The position numbers and the translations under genes were made by a program. Shown piece after piece: positions 1 through 11,962 of a DNA stretch of 64,000 nucleotides (positions are counted from its first letter, which is position 1; the number at the start of each line of letters is the position of its first letter). The stretch comes from Mustelus asterias (taxonomy: Eukaryota). The notes under the pieces are model-generated. The model searched no databases, was not told the origin of the DNA, and saw only the letters and a program-made list of their open reading frames with translations. The stretch is from positions 16,616,001-16,680,000 of the forward strand of contig NC_135829.1 in NCBI RefSeq assembly GCF_964213995.1. Reading direction: 5' to 3'.

Positions 1-97
1 TACTCCTCTCCCTCACCACCACCCCCCCCCCCCCCCCCCCCCCCCCCCACCCTTAACCTCTTGTTATCACATGACACATTCAGTTAATCATCAGAGG

Positions 98-945
98 CGG
101 GAGGCGATGGCAAAATGGTATTGTTGCTGAACCCGTAATTCAGGGACACAGGGTAATGAGCTGGGGACCCCAGTTTGAATTCAATAACAAAATATGGAAT
201 TAAAAGTCTAATAGAAACATAGAAGATAGGAGTAGGAGGAGGCCATTCGGCCCTTCGAGACTGCTCCACCATTCATCACGATCATGGCTGATTGTCCAAC
301 TCAATAGCCTAATCCTGCTTTCTCCCCATAACCTTTGATCCCATTCGCCCCAAGTGCTATATCCAGCCGCCTCTTGAATACATTCAATGTTTTGACATCA
401 ACTACTTCCTGTGGTAGTGAATTCCACAGGCTCACCACTCTCTGGGTGAAGAAATGTCTCCTCATCTCCGTCCTAAATGGTCTACCCCGAATCCTCAGAC
501 TGCGACCTCTGGTTCTGGACTCCCCCACCATCGGGAACATCCTCCCTGCATCTACCCTGTCTAGTCCTGTTGGAATTTTATAAAAGTCTCAATGAGATTC
601 CCCCCTCCTTCGTCTGAACTCCAGCGGAAACAATCCTAACCTCGTCAATCTCTCCTCATATATCAGTCCCACCATCCTCGGAATCAGCCTGGTAAACCTA
701 CATGAAACCATTATCAACTGTCGGAAAAACTCACCTGGTTCACTAATGTCCTTTAGGGAAGGAAATCTGCCATCCTTACCCGGTCTGGTCTACATGTGAC
801 TCCAGACCCACAGCAATGTGGTTGATGCCTTCTCAAATAGGCTTAGCCAGCCACTCAGTTCAAGAGCGATTAGCGATGGGCAACAAATGCTGGCCTAGTC
901 AGCAACGCTCACAACCACTGAACGAATAAACAAAAAATAAAACAA
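98..945 (+). mobile_element. tRNA-headed SINE sharing head/body with the 38644-39392 element (interrupted by CR1 210-698)
   Basis: Shared body tggttcactaatgt..ctacatgtgactcca..cacagcaatgtggttga; tail gggcaacaaatgctggcc..gaataaa. Confidence 0.75.
210..698 (-). mobile_element. CR1 LINE 3' fragment inserted in a SINE
   Basis: ESRTRGRSLRIRGRPFRTEMRRHFFTQRVVSLWNSLP; tail tctatgtttctat. Confidence 0.9.
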
Positions 946-965
946 TACCTGAGCATGCCTCTTAC

Positions 966-1157
966 CATGTAATGGCCACTGCAGCTCCTGCTCCTCTAAA
1001 AGTGCCGCAGCTGGTAAAAGGCGGTTTAGGCGATCCAAGGAGGGCAGCAGATCCAGCAGGTGGCTCAGCACTGGTCTCGCCACAGAGACAGGCAGCAACA
1101 GCAGGGAGTTAATGATCTGACAGAGCATGCTCCCTGCTGCTGATCCATACAGAACAC
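966..1157 (-). CDS. HERC1: HERC1 exon 17 (192 nt); gene continues beyond window start
   Basis: (G)VLYGSAAGSMLCQIINSLLLLPVSVARPVLSHLLDLLPSLDRLNRLLPAAALLEEQELQWPLH(G); tgcag| and |gtaaga. Confidence 0.96.
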
Positions 1158-1314
1158 CTGCAAGGAAAATAATGCTGCATAGGTATATGGAAGATTTGCT
1201 TTAAACCAGTGCTTGCCGCTGTACACAAATCAGAAGTAGCTAAACATTTTACCTCAATAGTAACATGTGGGTTACATACAATAACATACTCAGAAAAATG
1301 TGGAGAACGAAACA

Positions 1315-1594
1315 TTCAATTCCAGCTTGGGGTCACTGTCTGTGCGGAGTTTGCACATTCTCCCCGTGTCTGCGTGGGTTTCCTCCGGGTGCTCCGGTTT
1401 CCTCCCACGGTCCAAAGATGTGCGATTTAGGTTTATTGGCCATGCTAAATTGCCCCTTAGTGTCCCAGGATGTGAAGGTTAGAGGGATTAGGGAGGTAAA
1501 TATGTGGGCTTGTGGGATATGGCCTGAGTGGGATTGTTGTTGGTGCAGGCTTGAAGAGCCGAATGGCCTGTTTTTGACTGTCGGGATTCTATGA
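1315..1594 (+). mobile_element. HE1-like SINE, CR1-type tail (type A), 5'-truncated
   Basis: V-SINE body gtgcggagtttgcacattctccccgtgtctgcgtgggtttcc; tail gccgaatggcc..ggattctatga. Confidence 0.88.
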
Positions 1595-1992
1595 CTGGGA
1601 GGCGAGGTCAGACCTGGGGCCATGAACACACGATAGTCACCAATAAATCCAACAGGGAATTCAGGAGAAATTCCCTCCTGGAGAAACATTCTTGGAGAAT
1701 TTGGAGGACATTCTTACCCAGAGAGTGATTAGAATATGGAATCAGCCACCACTGTGAAGGGTTGATGCAAAAGCCATTGATGCATTTAAGAGGAAAACAC
1801 ATGATGGATAAAGGAATGGAAGGCTATGCTAGAAAAGCGGCAGGAGTCCTATGTGACATATAGGCACCAGCACGGACTAAACTCTATTACCTACTCTTAA
1901 AAATTAAACTAATAAAAATTATATAGGAATCTATTACAACAACAAAAAATGGATTGTTTGAAATAGAAATTAAGTAGAAGCAAGGAAGTCAC

Positions 1993-2125
1993 CTTGAAGC
2001 TTGTCCCTGACGCTCCCATTCCAGGAGCTCTCTTTCAGCAGTGTTGCAGAACGGGAGTATATTTCAGTCGCATGGGGCAATAAGAGTTGGAGGTGTTTGT
2101 GCAATAAAGCGACGCTGCTGGAGCT
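1993..2125 (-). CDS. HERC1: HERC1 exon 16 (133 nt)
   Basis: SSSSVALLHKHLQLLLPHATEIYSRSATLLKESSWNGSVRDKLQ; follows a 99-nt intron; tttag| and |gtgact. Confidence 0.95.
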
Positions 2126-2224
2126 CTAAACAAAAATGACCATTTTTTTAAGTTAATCAACAAAGTTCAACAGGAAAAAATATCTCAAATCTACATTTCC
2201 CCCAGGGAAGGTCAAGGCGTATAC

Positions 2225-2377
2225 CTCATTGACGCTGTTGGTGTGGCAATATGCCAAGAGTTGCTTCTGTAGAGAGCACAGCAGTTCATGCAAGTGAGCT
2301 GGCTGGCTGTTCTCAGCTGAAGATGTCCCCAGAAGCTCCTTGTCACTATTTTTTTCCAGTTCTCCAAAAGCCTGATC
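2225..2377 (-). CDS. HERC1: HERC1 exon 15 (153 nt)
   Basis: DQAFGELEKNSDKELLGTSSAENSQPAHLHELLCSLQKQLLAYCHTNSVNE; aacag| and |gtatac. Confidence 0.95.
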
Positions 2378-2630
2378 CTGTTTAGAATGAATACAGTGTA
2401 AGAAGAAGGTTTGACATTGTTAACAAGATTTTAATCAAACTGCAACACATTAACATAGAATAGGAGAACTTTAAACTGCATGAAACATAAACAAACACAC
2501 TGGGATACAGCCTCTTTAGGAGTACATCATAGAATCCCTACAGTGCAGAAGGAGGCCATTCAGCCCATTCAACCTGCACCAACAACAATCCCACCCACAC
2601 CCTATCATCGTAACCCCATGTATTTACCCT

Positions 2631-2900
2631 GCTGCATGGTGGCACTGCTGCTTCACAGCGCCAGGGACCCAGGTTCGATTCCCAGTTTGGGTCACTATCT
2701 GTGCGAGGTCCACATGATTTCCCCGTGTCTGTGTTGATTTCCTCCCACAGTCCGAAAGATGTTGGTTAGGGTGCAATGGCTATGCTAAATTCTCTCAGTG
2801 TACCCGAACTGGCACTGGAGTGTGGCAACTAGGGGATTTTCACAGCAACTTCAATGCAATGTTAATATAAGCCTACCTGTGACACTAATAAATAAACTTC
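2631..2900 (+). mobile_element. HE1-like SINE, alternative tail (type B)
   Basis: Tail gtacccgaac..ggggattttcacag..gtgacactaataaa; preceded by a minus-strand type A tail at 2527-2630. Confidence 0.88.
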
Positions 2901-2935
2901 AAACAGTGCAGAGGGAAGCCATTTGGCCCATTGAA

Positions 2936-3428
2936 CTAGAAAGAGTGCAGAAAAAATTTACCGGGACTTGATGGTTTGAGTTATAAGGAGAGGCTGGATA
3001 GACTGGGACGTTTTTCCTCTGGAGTATAGGAGGCTTAGGGGTGATCTTATAGAGGTCGATAAAATAATAAGGGGCACAGATCAGCTGGATGGTCAATATC
3101 TTTTCCCAAAAGTAGGGGAGTCTAAAACTAGAGGGCATAGGTTTAAGGTGAGAGGGGAGAGATACAAAAGGGTCCAGAGGGGCAATTTTTTCACACAGAG
3201 GGTGGTGAGTGTCTGGAACAAGCTGCCAGAGGTAGTAGTAGAGGCGGGAACAATTTTGTCTTTTAAAAAGCATTTAGACAGTTACATGGGTAAGGTGTAT
3301 ATAGAGCAATACAGGCCAAATGTGGGCATTTAATTGGGATTAATTTAGGGGGTTTAAAAAAAAAAAGGGCGGCATGGACAAGTTCGGCCGAAGGGTCTGT
3401 TTCCATGCTGCAAACCTCTGACTCTATG
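2936..3428 (+). mobile_element. CR1 LINE 3' fragment nested in an HE1 tail
   Basis: GNFFTQRVVSVWNKLP; tail ctctgactctat; flanked by gaac repeats within the SINE tail (2899-3545). Confidence 0.88.
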
Positions 3429-4033
3429 AACCTGCATCAACAACAATCCCACCCAGGCCCCATCTCCATAACTCCATGTATTTACCCTACTGATACTCCT
3501 CTACACTAAGGGGCAATTTTTGCATGGCCAATCCACCTAATCTACAATGTTCGTGTTTTCGTCAGCTTAACAAAATTTTGTAACCCTCAACTATGCTTGG
3601 TTTTGGAGCTACCCATTCTTTGAACCAACTTCGCTCAATTTTTATTGATTAAAATTTAATATGCATACACAGCATGATTTATTTTCTCAATTTCTGAGAA
3701 ATAAGTTAACTCAAAGGGCACAGGGCTTCATTCCCAGGATCTCCATTACCAAGAAGAATCTTAAAGGCGACATCCCATTAAATGGAGAAAGACTGCAGAA
3801 AGCAGCCGCACAGAGGGATTCGGGGGTCCTCGCGCAGAAATCACAAAAAGCTAGCATGCATGTTCAGCAGGTAACTGGGAAAACAAACAGAATGTCGGCC
3901 TTTATTTCAAAGGGAATGGAGCATAAAAGTAGGGAAGTCTTGCTAAAATGATACAAGGAACCACACTTGGAATGCTGAGGACAGTTTTGGTCTCCTTATC
4001 CAAGGGAAGATACACTGGCATTGGAGGCAGCCC

Positions 4034-4346
4034 ATAGAACCCTAGCATCTCGACAGAGCAGAAGGGAGCCATTCAGCCCATCGAATCTGCACCAACTCGC
4101 CGACATCTTAAACAGGCCAACCCGGCGCCCTAACCCCGTAATCCCACACATTTACCCCGTTAATCCTCCTAACCTGCAATTCCTTGGACACGAAGGATCA
4201 ATTTAGCATGGCCAATCCTTACATCTTTGGTAGGAAACCCACGCAGACACTGGGAGAACGTGCAGGTTCCACACAGACAGCGACCCAAGGCCAGAATCAT
4301 ACCCAACTCGGATGCTGTGAGCAGCATTGCTAACCACTGTGCCACT
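4034..4346 (-). mobile_element. HE1-like SINE type A
   Basis: Head, body and tail consensus. Confidence 0.85.
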
Positions 4347-4662
4347 CAAAGAAACTTCACTTGGTTGATCCCGGGTATGGAGGGGTTTTCGTTTGAGGAG
4401 AGATTAAGGTGGTTGGGACTGTACTCACCGGAGTTGAAGAACGAGAGGTGATCTTATTGAGACATACTGAATTCTCGGGGGCTTGACAGGGTAGATGCTG
4501 AGGGGATGCTTCCTCATGTAGGAGAGTCAAGGACCAGGCAGCATAATCTCAAAGCAAAAGGTCTTTCATTTCAGACAGAGCTGAGGAGGAATTTCTTCTC
4601 TGAGGCTGGTGAATCTGTGAATTTCTTTGCTGTTGAGACTGGGTTGTGAGGTATGTTCAAGG

Positions 4663-4960
4663 TTTATTCAATAGTGTCACAAGTCGGCTTACATTAACAC
4701 TAATGAAGTTACTGTGAAAATCCCCTAGTCACCACACTCCGGCGCCTGTTTGGGTTCACTGAGGGAGAATTTAGCACGGCCAATGCACCCAACCAGCACG
4801 TCTTTCACACTGTGGGAGGAAACCGGAGCCCCGGAGGAAACCCATGCGACACGGGGAGAAAGTGCAGACTCCACACAGACAGTGACCCAAGGCCGGAATC
4901 GAACCCGGGTCCCTGGCGCTGTGAGACAGTAGTGCTAACGACTGTGGCACCATACTGCCC
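4663..4960 (-). mobile_element. HE1-like SINE type B
   Basis: Head, body and type B tail. Confidence 0.9.
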
Positions 4961-5345
4961 TGGGCTGAGAGACAGATTTTTAACCAAACAGGCAATCAAG
5001 GGTTGTGGGGATAAGATGTGAAAGTGGAGTTGAAGATTATAAAAGATCGCCCATGATATCGATGAATACCGTGCCCATCCCAGTCCAGGCCAGCATCTCA
5101 GTGAGCAGACACACTGGGCCGAATGGCTTGCTTCTGCTCCTTCATCTTATGCTTAGCGATAACTAGTCTCCCTCTGAATATCCCTTCCATGAAGGGTTAA
5201 AAATAAAATCAATTCTCCTCTAGGTCATCAGTTAACAATCTCTCGGTTATATTTCACAAGCAGCAAGATTTTTTGCTTAGAAAAAAAACTACGACAGAGT
5301 GGAATTGAATTCAGTCAACATATTTTCAAAGAGAAAGCCCCTTAC

Positions 5346-5564
5346 AGTATAGAATCCTAAATTTCTGAGCAGCGTCTTCATCAAGATTTCTGCCAGATGT
5401 GTATCAGGATGACTGGATTGGGAGCTGAATGAGGAGTCAGGGAAGCCACTGTAATTTGATCCAGTAGAGGAGGCTTCAACATCAGGAGGAGAGCTATAAC
5501 CCAGCAAGGAAGCCACATGGGTGTGATCCTGTAGGCTAGTAAGAATAATATCCAACTGCATCCT
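5346..5564 (-). CDS. HERC1: HERC1 exon 14 (219 nt)
   Basis: RMQLDIILTSLQDHTHVASLLGYSS...HPDTHLAEILMKTLLRNLGFYT; tccag| and |gtaagg. Confidence 0.96.
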
Positions 5565-5814
5565 CTGGAAAACAAGGTGAAATTAATATTACACCAATGT
5601 ATAATGTACAGCAATGTATAGCAGATGTCCATTTAAACACTTCAAAATCAACAAAGAAATTTACAAGTTCAGTGCCAGCATTTATATTTCTGTGTTACAG
5701 CCGGTTACTAGGCAGAATAAATTTAATATCACCGCAAATTCCTGGTGTATTAATTGGAAAGTCGCATAATTGAGTAATTTTGGTAATTTGCTTCTTGCAG
5801 GGCTTTGGAAATAA

Positions 5815-6125
5815 AGTTTAAGTTTAAAGTTTGTTTATTAGTGTCACAAGTAGGCTTGCATTAACACTGCAATGAAGTTACTGTGAAAATCCCTTAGTCC
5901 CCACCCTCTGGCGCCTGTTTGGGTACACCGAGGGAGAATTTAGCACGGCCAATGCACCTAACCAGCACATCTTTCGGGCTGTGGGAGGAAACTGGAGCAC
6001 CCGGAGGAAACCCGCGCAGACGTGGGGAGAACGTGCAAACTCCACACAGACAGTGACCCAAGCCAGGAATCGAACCGGGGTCCCTGGCGCTGTGAGGCAG
6101 CAGTGCTAACCCACTGTGCCGCCAA
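5815..6125 (-). mobile_element. HE1-like SINE type B
   Basis: Full length; taaactt repeats at the tail. Confidence 0.9.
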
Positions 6126-6530
6126 ACTTGTATTTTCTTTCAATGTCTTAAAATGCCCCAAGGTGCTTCACAGCATAGAAGAGATAGCAAATAAAATGTG
6201 ACATCGAAAACACACAAGGTGATATTCGGGCTGATGATCAAAAGCTTGTTCAATGATTTATAAGGAATTTGGTGGAAAGCGAGGTGGCGGCGATGTTTAG
6301 GGAGGGAATTCCAGAACTCAGGGCCTCAGCAACAAAAGGCACGACCACCAATGGGAGAGCGATTGAACAAGGTGCCAGAGGTGGATCAGCACAGATATTT
6401 CAGAAGCTTTGTTGGGGCGGAGGAGATTACAGACGGAGGGTGAGCAAAGTCACAGAGGGATTTCAATACAGGGGCTGAGAATTGTGAAGTATTGCTGAAC
6501 TTGGAGCTCCGGGTAATAGGTGCACAGGAC
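6125..6530 (-). mobile_element. Old L2-type LINE 3' end
   Basis: ggccctgagttctggaattccctccctaaac...gctgtgaagcaccttggggcatt on the minus strand; similar pieces at about 24400-24610 and 58560-59280. Confidence 0.5.
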
Positions 6531-6689
6531 TCGGTGTAGCACTGCCTGAAAAAGGAGGAGGAGACAGAAATCCCAATCCCCTTGAAAACAAAATACTCGG
6601 ATGTGCGCTCGGAAGATGCCATTAATCGTAGGGCTACCTTGGAAGGTAAGATTAGGCTGGATGACTCTTTTGATCAGCAAAGACATAAT

Positions 6690-7006
6690 TCATAGAATCA
6701 TAGAATCCCTACAGTGCAGGAGGAGGCCATTCAGCCCATCGAGTCTGTACCAACCACAATCCCACCCAGGCCCTTTTTCTGTAACCCCACATATTTACCC
6801 TGTTAATCCCCCAGACACGACAGTCAACTTAAGCACGGCCAATCAACCTAACCCGCACATCTTTGGACTGTGGGACGAAACCGGAGCACCCGGAGGAAAC
6901 CCACATAGACACAGGGAGAACGTGCAGACTCCACACAGACAGCGACCCAAGGCCGGAATTGAACCCGGGTCCCTGGCGCGAGGCAGCAGTGCTAACCACT
7001 GTGCTG
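6690..7006 (-). mobile_element. HE1-like SINE type A
   Basis: Full length; attctatg repeats at the tail. Confidence 0.9.
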
Positions 7007-7089
7007 CATCAAATTCCTTTGTGTTGTAAATTTTTCAGCGTGTTTGATTGAATTTTGCAGATATCTATATTCAAAAACAATGTACTTAC

Positions 7090-7215
7090 TTGTCCTTTTG
7101 TTAAGCTTTCCCATCTATCAGGGCCCTGCGGAAGCAGTGAATGCAGCAACTCCATTCTTTCGCGCAGTGGTGGAAGTAACATGGTAGCGCCCACAGACAA
7201 TGTCTCTATGACAGC
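7090..7215 (-). CDS. HERC1: HERC1 exon 13 (126 nt)
   Basis: AVIETLSVGATMLLPPLRERMELLHSLLPQGPDRWESLTKGQ; tttag| and |gtaagt. Confidence 0.96.
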
Positions 7216-7334
7216 CTAAAACAGCAAGGAAAAAGCACAGGTCTATTATGTGGTATTATAGGTACATACTTCTGACTGGTGAACCTATGGAATTCTCTGC
7301 CACAGAAGGCTGTGGAGGCCAAGTCACAGAAGAT

Positions 7335-7650
7335 ACAAGAACATAAGAACTAGGAGCAGGAGTAGTAGACCATCTGGCCCCTCCAACCTGCTCCGCCATT
7401 CAATAAGACCATGGCTGATCTTTTCGTGGACTCAGTTCCACTTACCCGCCCGCTCACCATAACCCTGAGCTCCTTTACTGTTCAAAAATCTCTCTATCCT
7501 TGCCTTAAAAACATTCAACGAGGTAGTCTCAACTGCTTCACAGGGCAGTGAATTCCACAGATTCACAACCGTTTGGGTGAAGAAGTTCCTCCTCAACTCA
7601 GTCCTAAATCTGCTCCTGTTTATTTTGAGGCCATGCCCCCTAGTTCTAGT
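7335..7650 (-). mobile_element. CR1 3' end (tail tcttatgttct), inside an older plus-strand CR1 piece (7275-7820)
   Basis: Same subfamily as 32030-32570 and 53885-54450. Confidence 0.82.
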
Positions 7651-8136
7651 AAGAGCCTCGAAGGAGGAATAGATTTTTAGACTCTAAAAAGATGTCAAGG
7701 GTTTGTGGTGACTGTGGGTGTAAGGTATGGAGATAGAGGATCAACCATGATCATATTGAATGGCGAGCAGGCTCAAAAGGGCCGTATGTCCTACTCTAGT
7801 TCCGACTTCCTACATCTTCTGTGCTTGGTTTTCAAAACAGGTTGAATGCTCACTTATTACAAAAGGCATTGGAAGCTGATTCAGTTGTTCTTTCAGTCAG
7901 GAAGCCACAAAGAGCACTGTGCTAGTGGTTAGCAGTTCATCAATCACACTTCCTGATTACATTGAGAGGGAGAATGCTATTTACTGCAAAATACTAAAAT
8001 GCAACTAGCGGCCAAGATGCCAGAGACACTGAACAGCATGAAATTAATAGGGTCAACTCACAGGGATTCCTTTGCAGAGGTACATTCTGACTAGGTGACA
8101 CCACCCTAAAACGTCTACCTCTGAGATCTCACAAAA

Positions 8137-8590
8137 TTAAAGTAGACAGGAATATCCTGTTCCCTTTACTTCTCTTGTAATTGGCATGGGGAGAAGATCA
8201 TGCCCCACTGTAGATCTACCAGCATGGCAGATTGCTCCTCCTGTTGGACTGTCTGCAACGTTGGAGTCTTTCCAGCACCATTCTAGCGAAAGCTTTCCCA
8301 GTGACGCTGAGGAGTGAGGTGTTGCTGCAAAGTTGCAGTCTCCTCGGTCACCTTTGTTTTTGTAGATGATGATTCTTGCATCACGCACGATCTGCTGAAA
8401 TTCCATCCTTCCTGGGTGCCTGTTTACCACGGCAACAATGGCCTTCAAGTGACAAGGCCGGTGTTGAACTCAGCCACGACAGAGGGCTGGGGAGAGTGTC
8501 AAACACAGTCTGGGACAATGACTATCTCACTGGAGCACAGTTCACAGTACTGTTCAACTCAGTCAGACATCTTTTTGCTTCCGAATTAGC
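8137..8590 (-). mobile_element. RTE-clade LINE fragment (RT N-terminal part)
   Basis: RDARIIIYKNKGDRGDCN.. followed by frameshifted SVTGKAFARMVLERL. Confidence 0.75.
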
Positions 8591-9066
8591 AACTTCTACA
8601 GATGCACCATAGAAAGCATCCTTTCCGGATGTACCACAGCTTGGACCAAGACCGCAAGAAACTGCAAATAGTTGTGAATGTAGCCTAGTCCATCACTCAA
8701 ACCAGTCTCCCATCCGTTGACACTGTCTATACTTCCCGCTGCCTCGGCAAAGCAGCCAGCATAATTAAGGACCCCATGCACCCCGGACATACTCTCTTCC
8801 ACCTTCTTCCATCGGGAAAAAGATACAAGAGTCTGAGATCACGTACCAACCGACTCATGAACAGCTTCTTCCCTGCTGCCATCAGACTTGTGAATGAACC
8901 TACCACATATTAAGTTGATCTTTCTCTGCATGCTAGTTATGACTGTAACACTATATTCTGCACCCTTTCCTTTTCCCCTATGTACTCTATGAACTGTATG
9001 CTTTGTATAGCGTGGAAAAAACAATACTTTACACTGTATAGTAATACATGTGAAAATAAATCAAAT
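8591..9066 (+). mobile_element. Rex1/Babar-type LINE 3' fragment
   Basis: FYRCTIESILSGC..RCLGKAASIIKDP.HPGHTLFHLLPSGKRYKSLRSRTNRL.NSFFPAAIRL; tail aataaatcaaat. Confidence 0.82.
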
Positions 9067-9795
9067 ATTCTGCCTTAGGTTTACAGTGATAGACAATATG
9101 ATTCTTGATGCATAACTGGACTCACACTTGGGGAAAGCTGCTAATGCGTTTGGCAGACTCATGAAGTGTTCATGGAAAAACAAGCAGCTCACTCTTAGGA
9201 CCAAGATTGAGGTTCATGAAGCCTGTGCCCTCAGCACCCCATTGTTTGGCTGTGAAGGATGGATGTCTGGCAACCATCAAGAAAGAAAGCTCGATAGTTT
9301 TCCTTTTCAATGCCTGCATTCTTGCCATCTCACGGAAGAACAAAATCGTGAATGTGAAAGTCTCCTCAAAAGGCAAACCTAACTATGTTAGCATTGATCA
9401 AGCAGAGGTAACTCTGCGGGTTTGAGCAGATTCGCAGGAAGTAGACACATTCCAGGATATTCTGTATGAGGAGGTAGCCAGAGCATTTGATGCCCCCATC
9501 TCTGCTTCAAGGATGCTTGCAAGCATGACATGAAGGCTCCAAACAAACATGGATTTTCACATCTTGGTGACACTAGCCAACAGAGAGAATTGGTGACAGT
9601 ATCTGTGGGCCAGCATGCGATGCCACGGTTACAGCAGCTTGTCACCAGGCACTAATATCAAAACAACACCTGACAATGCAGCACTTGTGGCTGAACCTGC
9701 CTCTCTCAGATCAACAAAGGCGCGCCTTGTGAAACGCTCCCACCGCTAGTGGATTTGTTCCATATACATCTCACATGGTTGGAAGGATGCCGATG
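9067..9795 (+). mobile_element. RTE-clade LINE fragment (C-terminal part)
   Basis: GKAANAFGRL...W.NKQLTLRTKIEV.EAC.LS..LFGCEGW...QERKLDSF. Confidence 0.75.
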
Positions 9796-9910
9796 AGATT
9801 AAGTTGCTGCCCCAAGTGCAAACATCTCAACAGTGCTATAATGAAAGGGAATTCAATCTATCAGGCAATAAGCAATTCAAATATGAAAGAATGACTGTGA
9901 AATAACTCAC

Positions 9911-10076
9911 CTCTTGGATTTCATCTGGCACAGAGGAGTCCATTAATCTAAACAAGAGATTTCGCAGTGGCCTGGCCTGTCTCCCAAGGATGCTGGTGGC
10001 CACACCCCCAGCTAGGGCCAGTGCCAGATGGTTGGAGAGCAGCTTGAGACAAAGCTTAAGAAAATTGTGATGTTCC
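9911..10076 (-). CDS. HERC1: HERC1 exon 12 (166 nt)
   Basis: EHHNFLKLCLKLLSNHLALALAGGVATSILGRQARPLRNLLFRLMDSSVPDEIQE; aatag| and |gtgagt. Confidence 0.96.
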
Positions 10077-10184
10077 CTATTAAAAAGAGAAGATTGATAA
10101 TAAAGTTGATCTAAACCTGAAGAGGAGAGATATTTGGTGAACATAAAAACCCACAATGCCAACACAGCTTGAAAATATAGAGGT

Positions 10185-10353
10185 ATAGAATCCTACAGTG
10201 CTGAAGGAGGCCATTTGGCCCATCAAGTCTGCACCTACCCCAATCCCACACAGGTCCTATCCCCACAACCCCATGCATTTACCCTAGCCAGTCCCCCTGA
10301 CACTAAGGGGCAATTTAGCATGGCCAATCGACCTAACCCACACATCTTTGGAC
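10185..10353 (-). mobile_element. HE1-like SINE type A, 3' half
   Basis: Tail and body match. Confidence 0.85.
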
Positions 10354-10703
10354 TAATATTTAAGAGAATACTTAGTATTCAAGCAAATCCAAAATCTAAT
10401 TGTGAAAACCAGACCAATGGATTTGGACAATCTTCCAAACACTAGAGTTGTCAAAATAATTAATATAGTTAAAGGTAAAAGCAAATCCAAATATTAGTTT
10501 CTAAACATATAACCTCTTGTGATTATACAGAGATATTACTCCACATATATTTACTGACTTGGTTTGACTAACACATTCATTACAATAGTGGAAGGTTTAT
10601 ATTAAAACAGTTAAACTCTTCCACTAAAGTAGTGGATTATGGAACTTTATGAAAAGTTGAGCTGTTGCACATTAATACTATACAATATCTTTTCTAGGGC
10701 TAA

Positions 10704-11012
10704 TGGCAGCACGGTGGCAGAGTGGTTAGTAGCACTGCTGCCTTACAGCGCCAGGGACCCGGGTTCATTTCTGGCCTTGGAGGGGTGTCTGTGTGGTGTT
10801 TGCACGTTCTCCCAGTGGGTTCTCTCCCACACTCCAAAGGTGTGCAGGTTGGGTGGATTGGCCATGCTAAATTGCTCCTTAGTGTCAGGGCGATTAGCAG
10901 GGTAAATATGTGGGGTTACGGGGATAGGGCCTGGGTGGGATTGTTGCCTGTGCAGGCTCAATGGACCGAATGGCTTTCTTCTGTACTGTGGGGATTCTAT
11001 AATTCTATGAAT
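10704..11012 (+). mobile_element. HE1-like SINE type A
   Basis: ggcagcacggtggcagagtggttag head (box A), gggttcatttc (box B-like), CR1 tail. Confidence 0.9.
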
Positions 11013-11396
11013 TTCTCCTTTGCTGGCATGAACTAAAAACACTAAATTTGCCACATGAACCATTTTGATTAATTGAAAGAACACTCACAACAATTCTACA
11101 TAAATTCTAAACTGGTGTTGCAGGAGATAAGCACAATCCTATTAAATTGAAGACTACACAATCAGCTGGCTAGATGCACTTCACTATGACAGCATGCAGT
11201 AAAGTGAATAAATAGTTGCAAAGTATGTCAAGCGTGACACTGAAAACATCTAATGTTGATGGTATAGTTACAGATGTAATTCTGCTTAGGCCAGCTTGGT
11301 CGATGCAGAATTTGTAAATTTCAATATTATAAAATCGGAACTTGACCCAAATCTAATCTTACGTCACAATGTCAACAGTCTTCAAACCGCATGAAT

Positions 11397-11696
11397 GGGG
11401 CAGCATGGTGGCACAGTGGTTAGCACCGCTGCCTCACAATGCCAGGGACCCGGGTTTGATTCCCGGCTTGCGTCACTGTCTGTGCGGAGTCTGCACGTTC
11501 TCTTAGTGTCCGCGTTGGTTTCCTCCGGGTGCTCCGGTTTCCTCCCACAGTCAGAAAGACGTGGTGGTTAGGTGCATTTGCTGTGGTAAATTCTCCCTCA
11601 GTGTACCCGAACAGGTGCCGGCTAGAGGATTCTCACAGTAACTTCATCGCAGTGTTAATGTAAGCCAACTTGTGGCGCTAATATATAAACTTAAAC
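11397..11696 (+). mobile_element. HE1-like SINE type B
   Basis: Full length; ends 40 nt from exon 11. Confidence 0.9.
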
Positions 11697-11736
11697 TGAG
11701 TTCTAACTCACCAGACCTTACAACAGACAATCCTAC

Positions 11737-11871
11737 CTGGATGACGGGAAAGGCAGGGGGGGAACTTCACTGTTGATCCCATCACAGTACCATTCGAGAA
11801 ACGATCTTAGGTGGGAAAAGGTGCTTTCTTCCAAATCCACACAGTAAGGTCTGTGCCAAGCCACAACTTGT
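11737..11871 (-). CDS. HERC1: HERC1 exon 11 (135 nt)
   Basis: QVVAWHRPYCVDLEESTFSHLRSFLEWYCDGINSEVPPLPFPSS(R); follows a 91-nt intron; gacag| and |gtagga. Confidence 0.96.
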
Positions 11872-11962
11872 CTGTCGTAACAAAACAGGTGTCGAGATGA
11901 AGCATCTGTCAAAACAGCAACTTGTCTAAAACACCAAGGCAATTTTTGTTGCATTTTCTCAC

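Larger units (their letters stand above)
3772..5155 (+). mobile_element. Decayed CR1 LINE fragment interrupted by two SINEs
   Basis: LNGERLQK..QRD.GVL, SFEERL..LGLYS; SINEs at 4034-4346 and 4663-4960. Confidence 0.8.

Noticed and set aside
10704-10780. tRNA genes at SINE heads
   Set aside because: Box A/B are present but run directly into the SINE body, with no complete cloverleaf or terminator.
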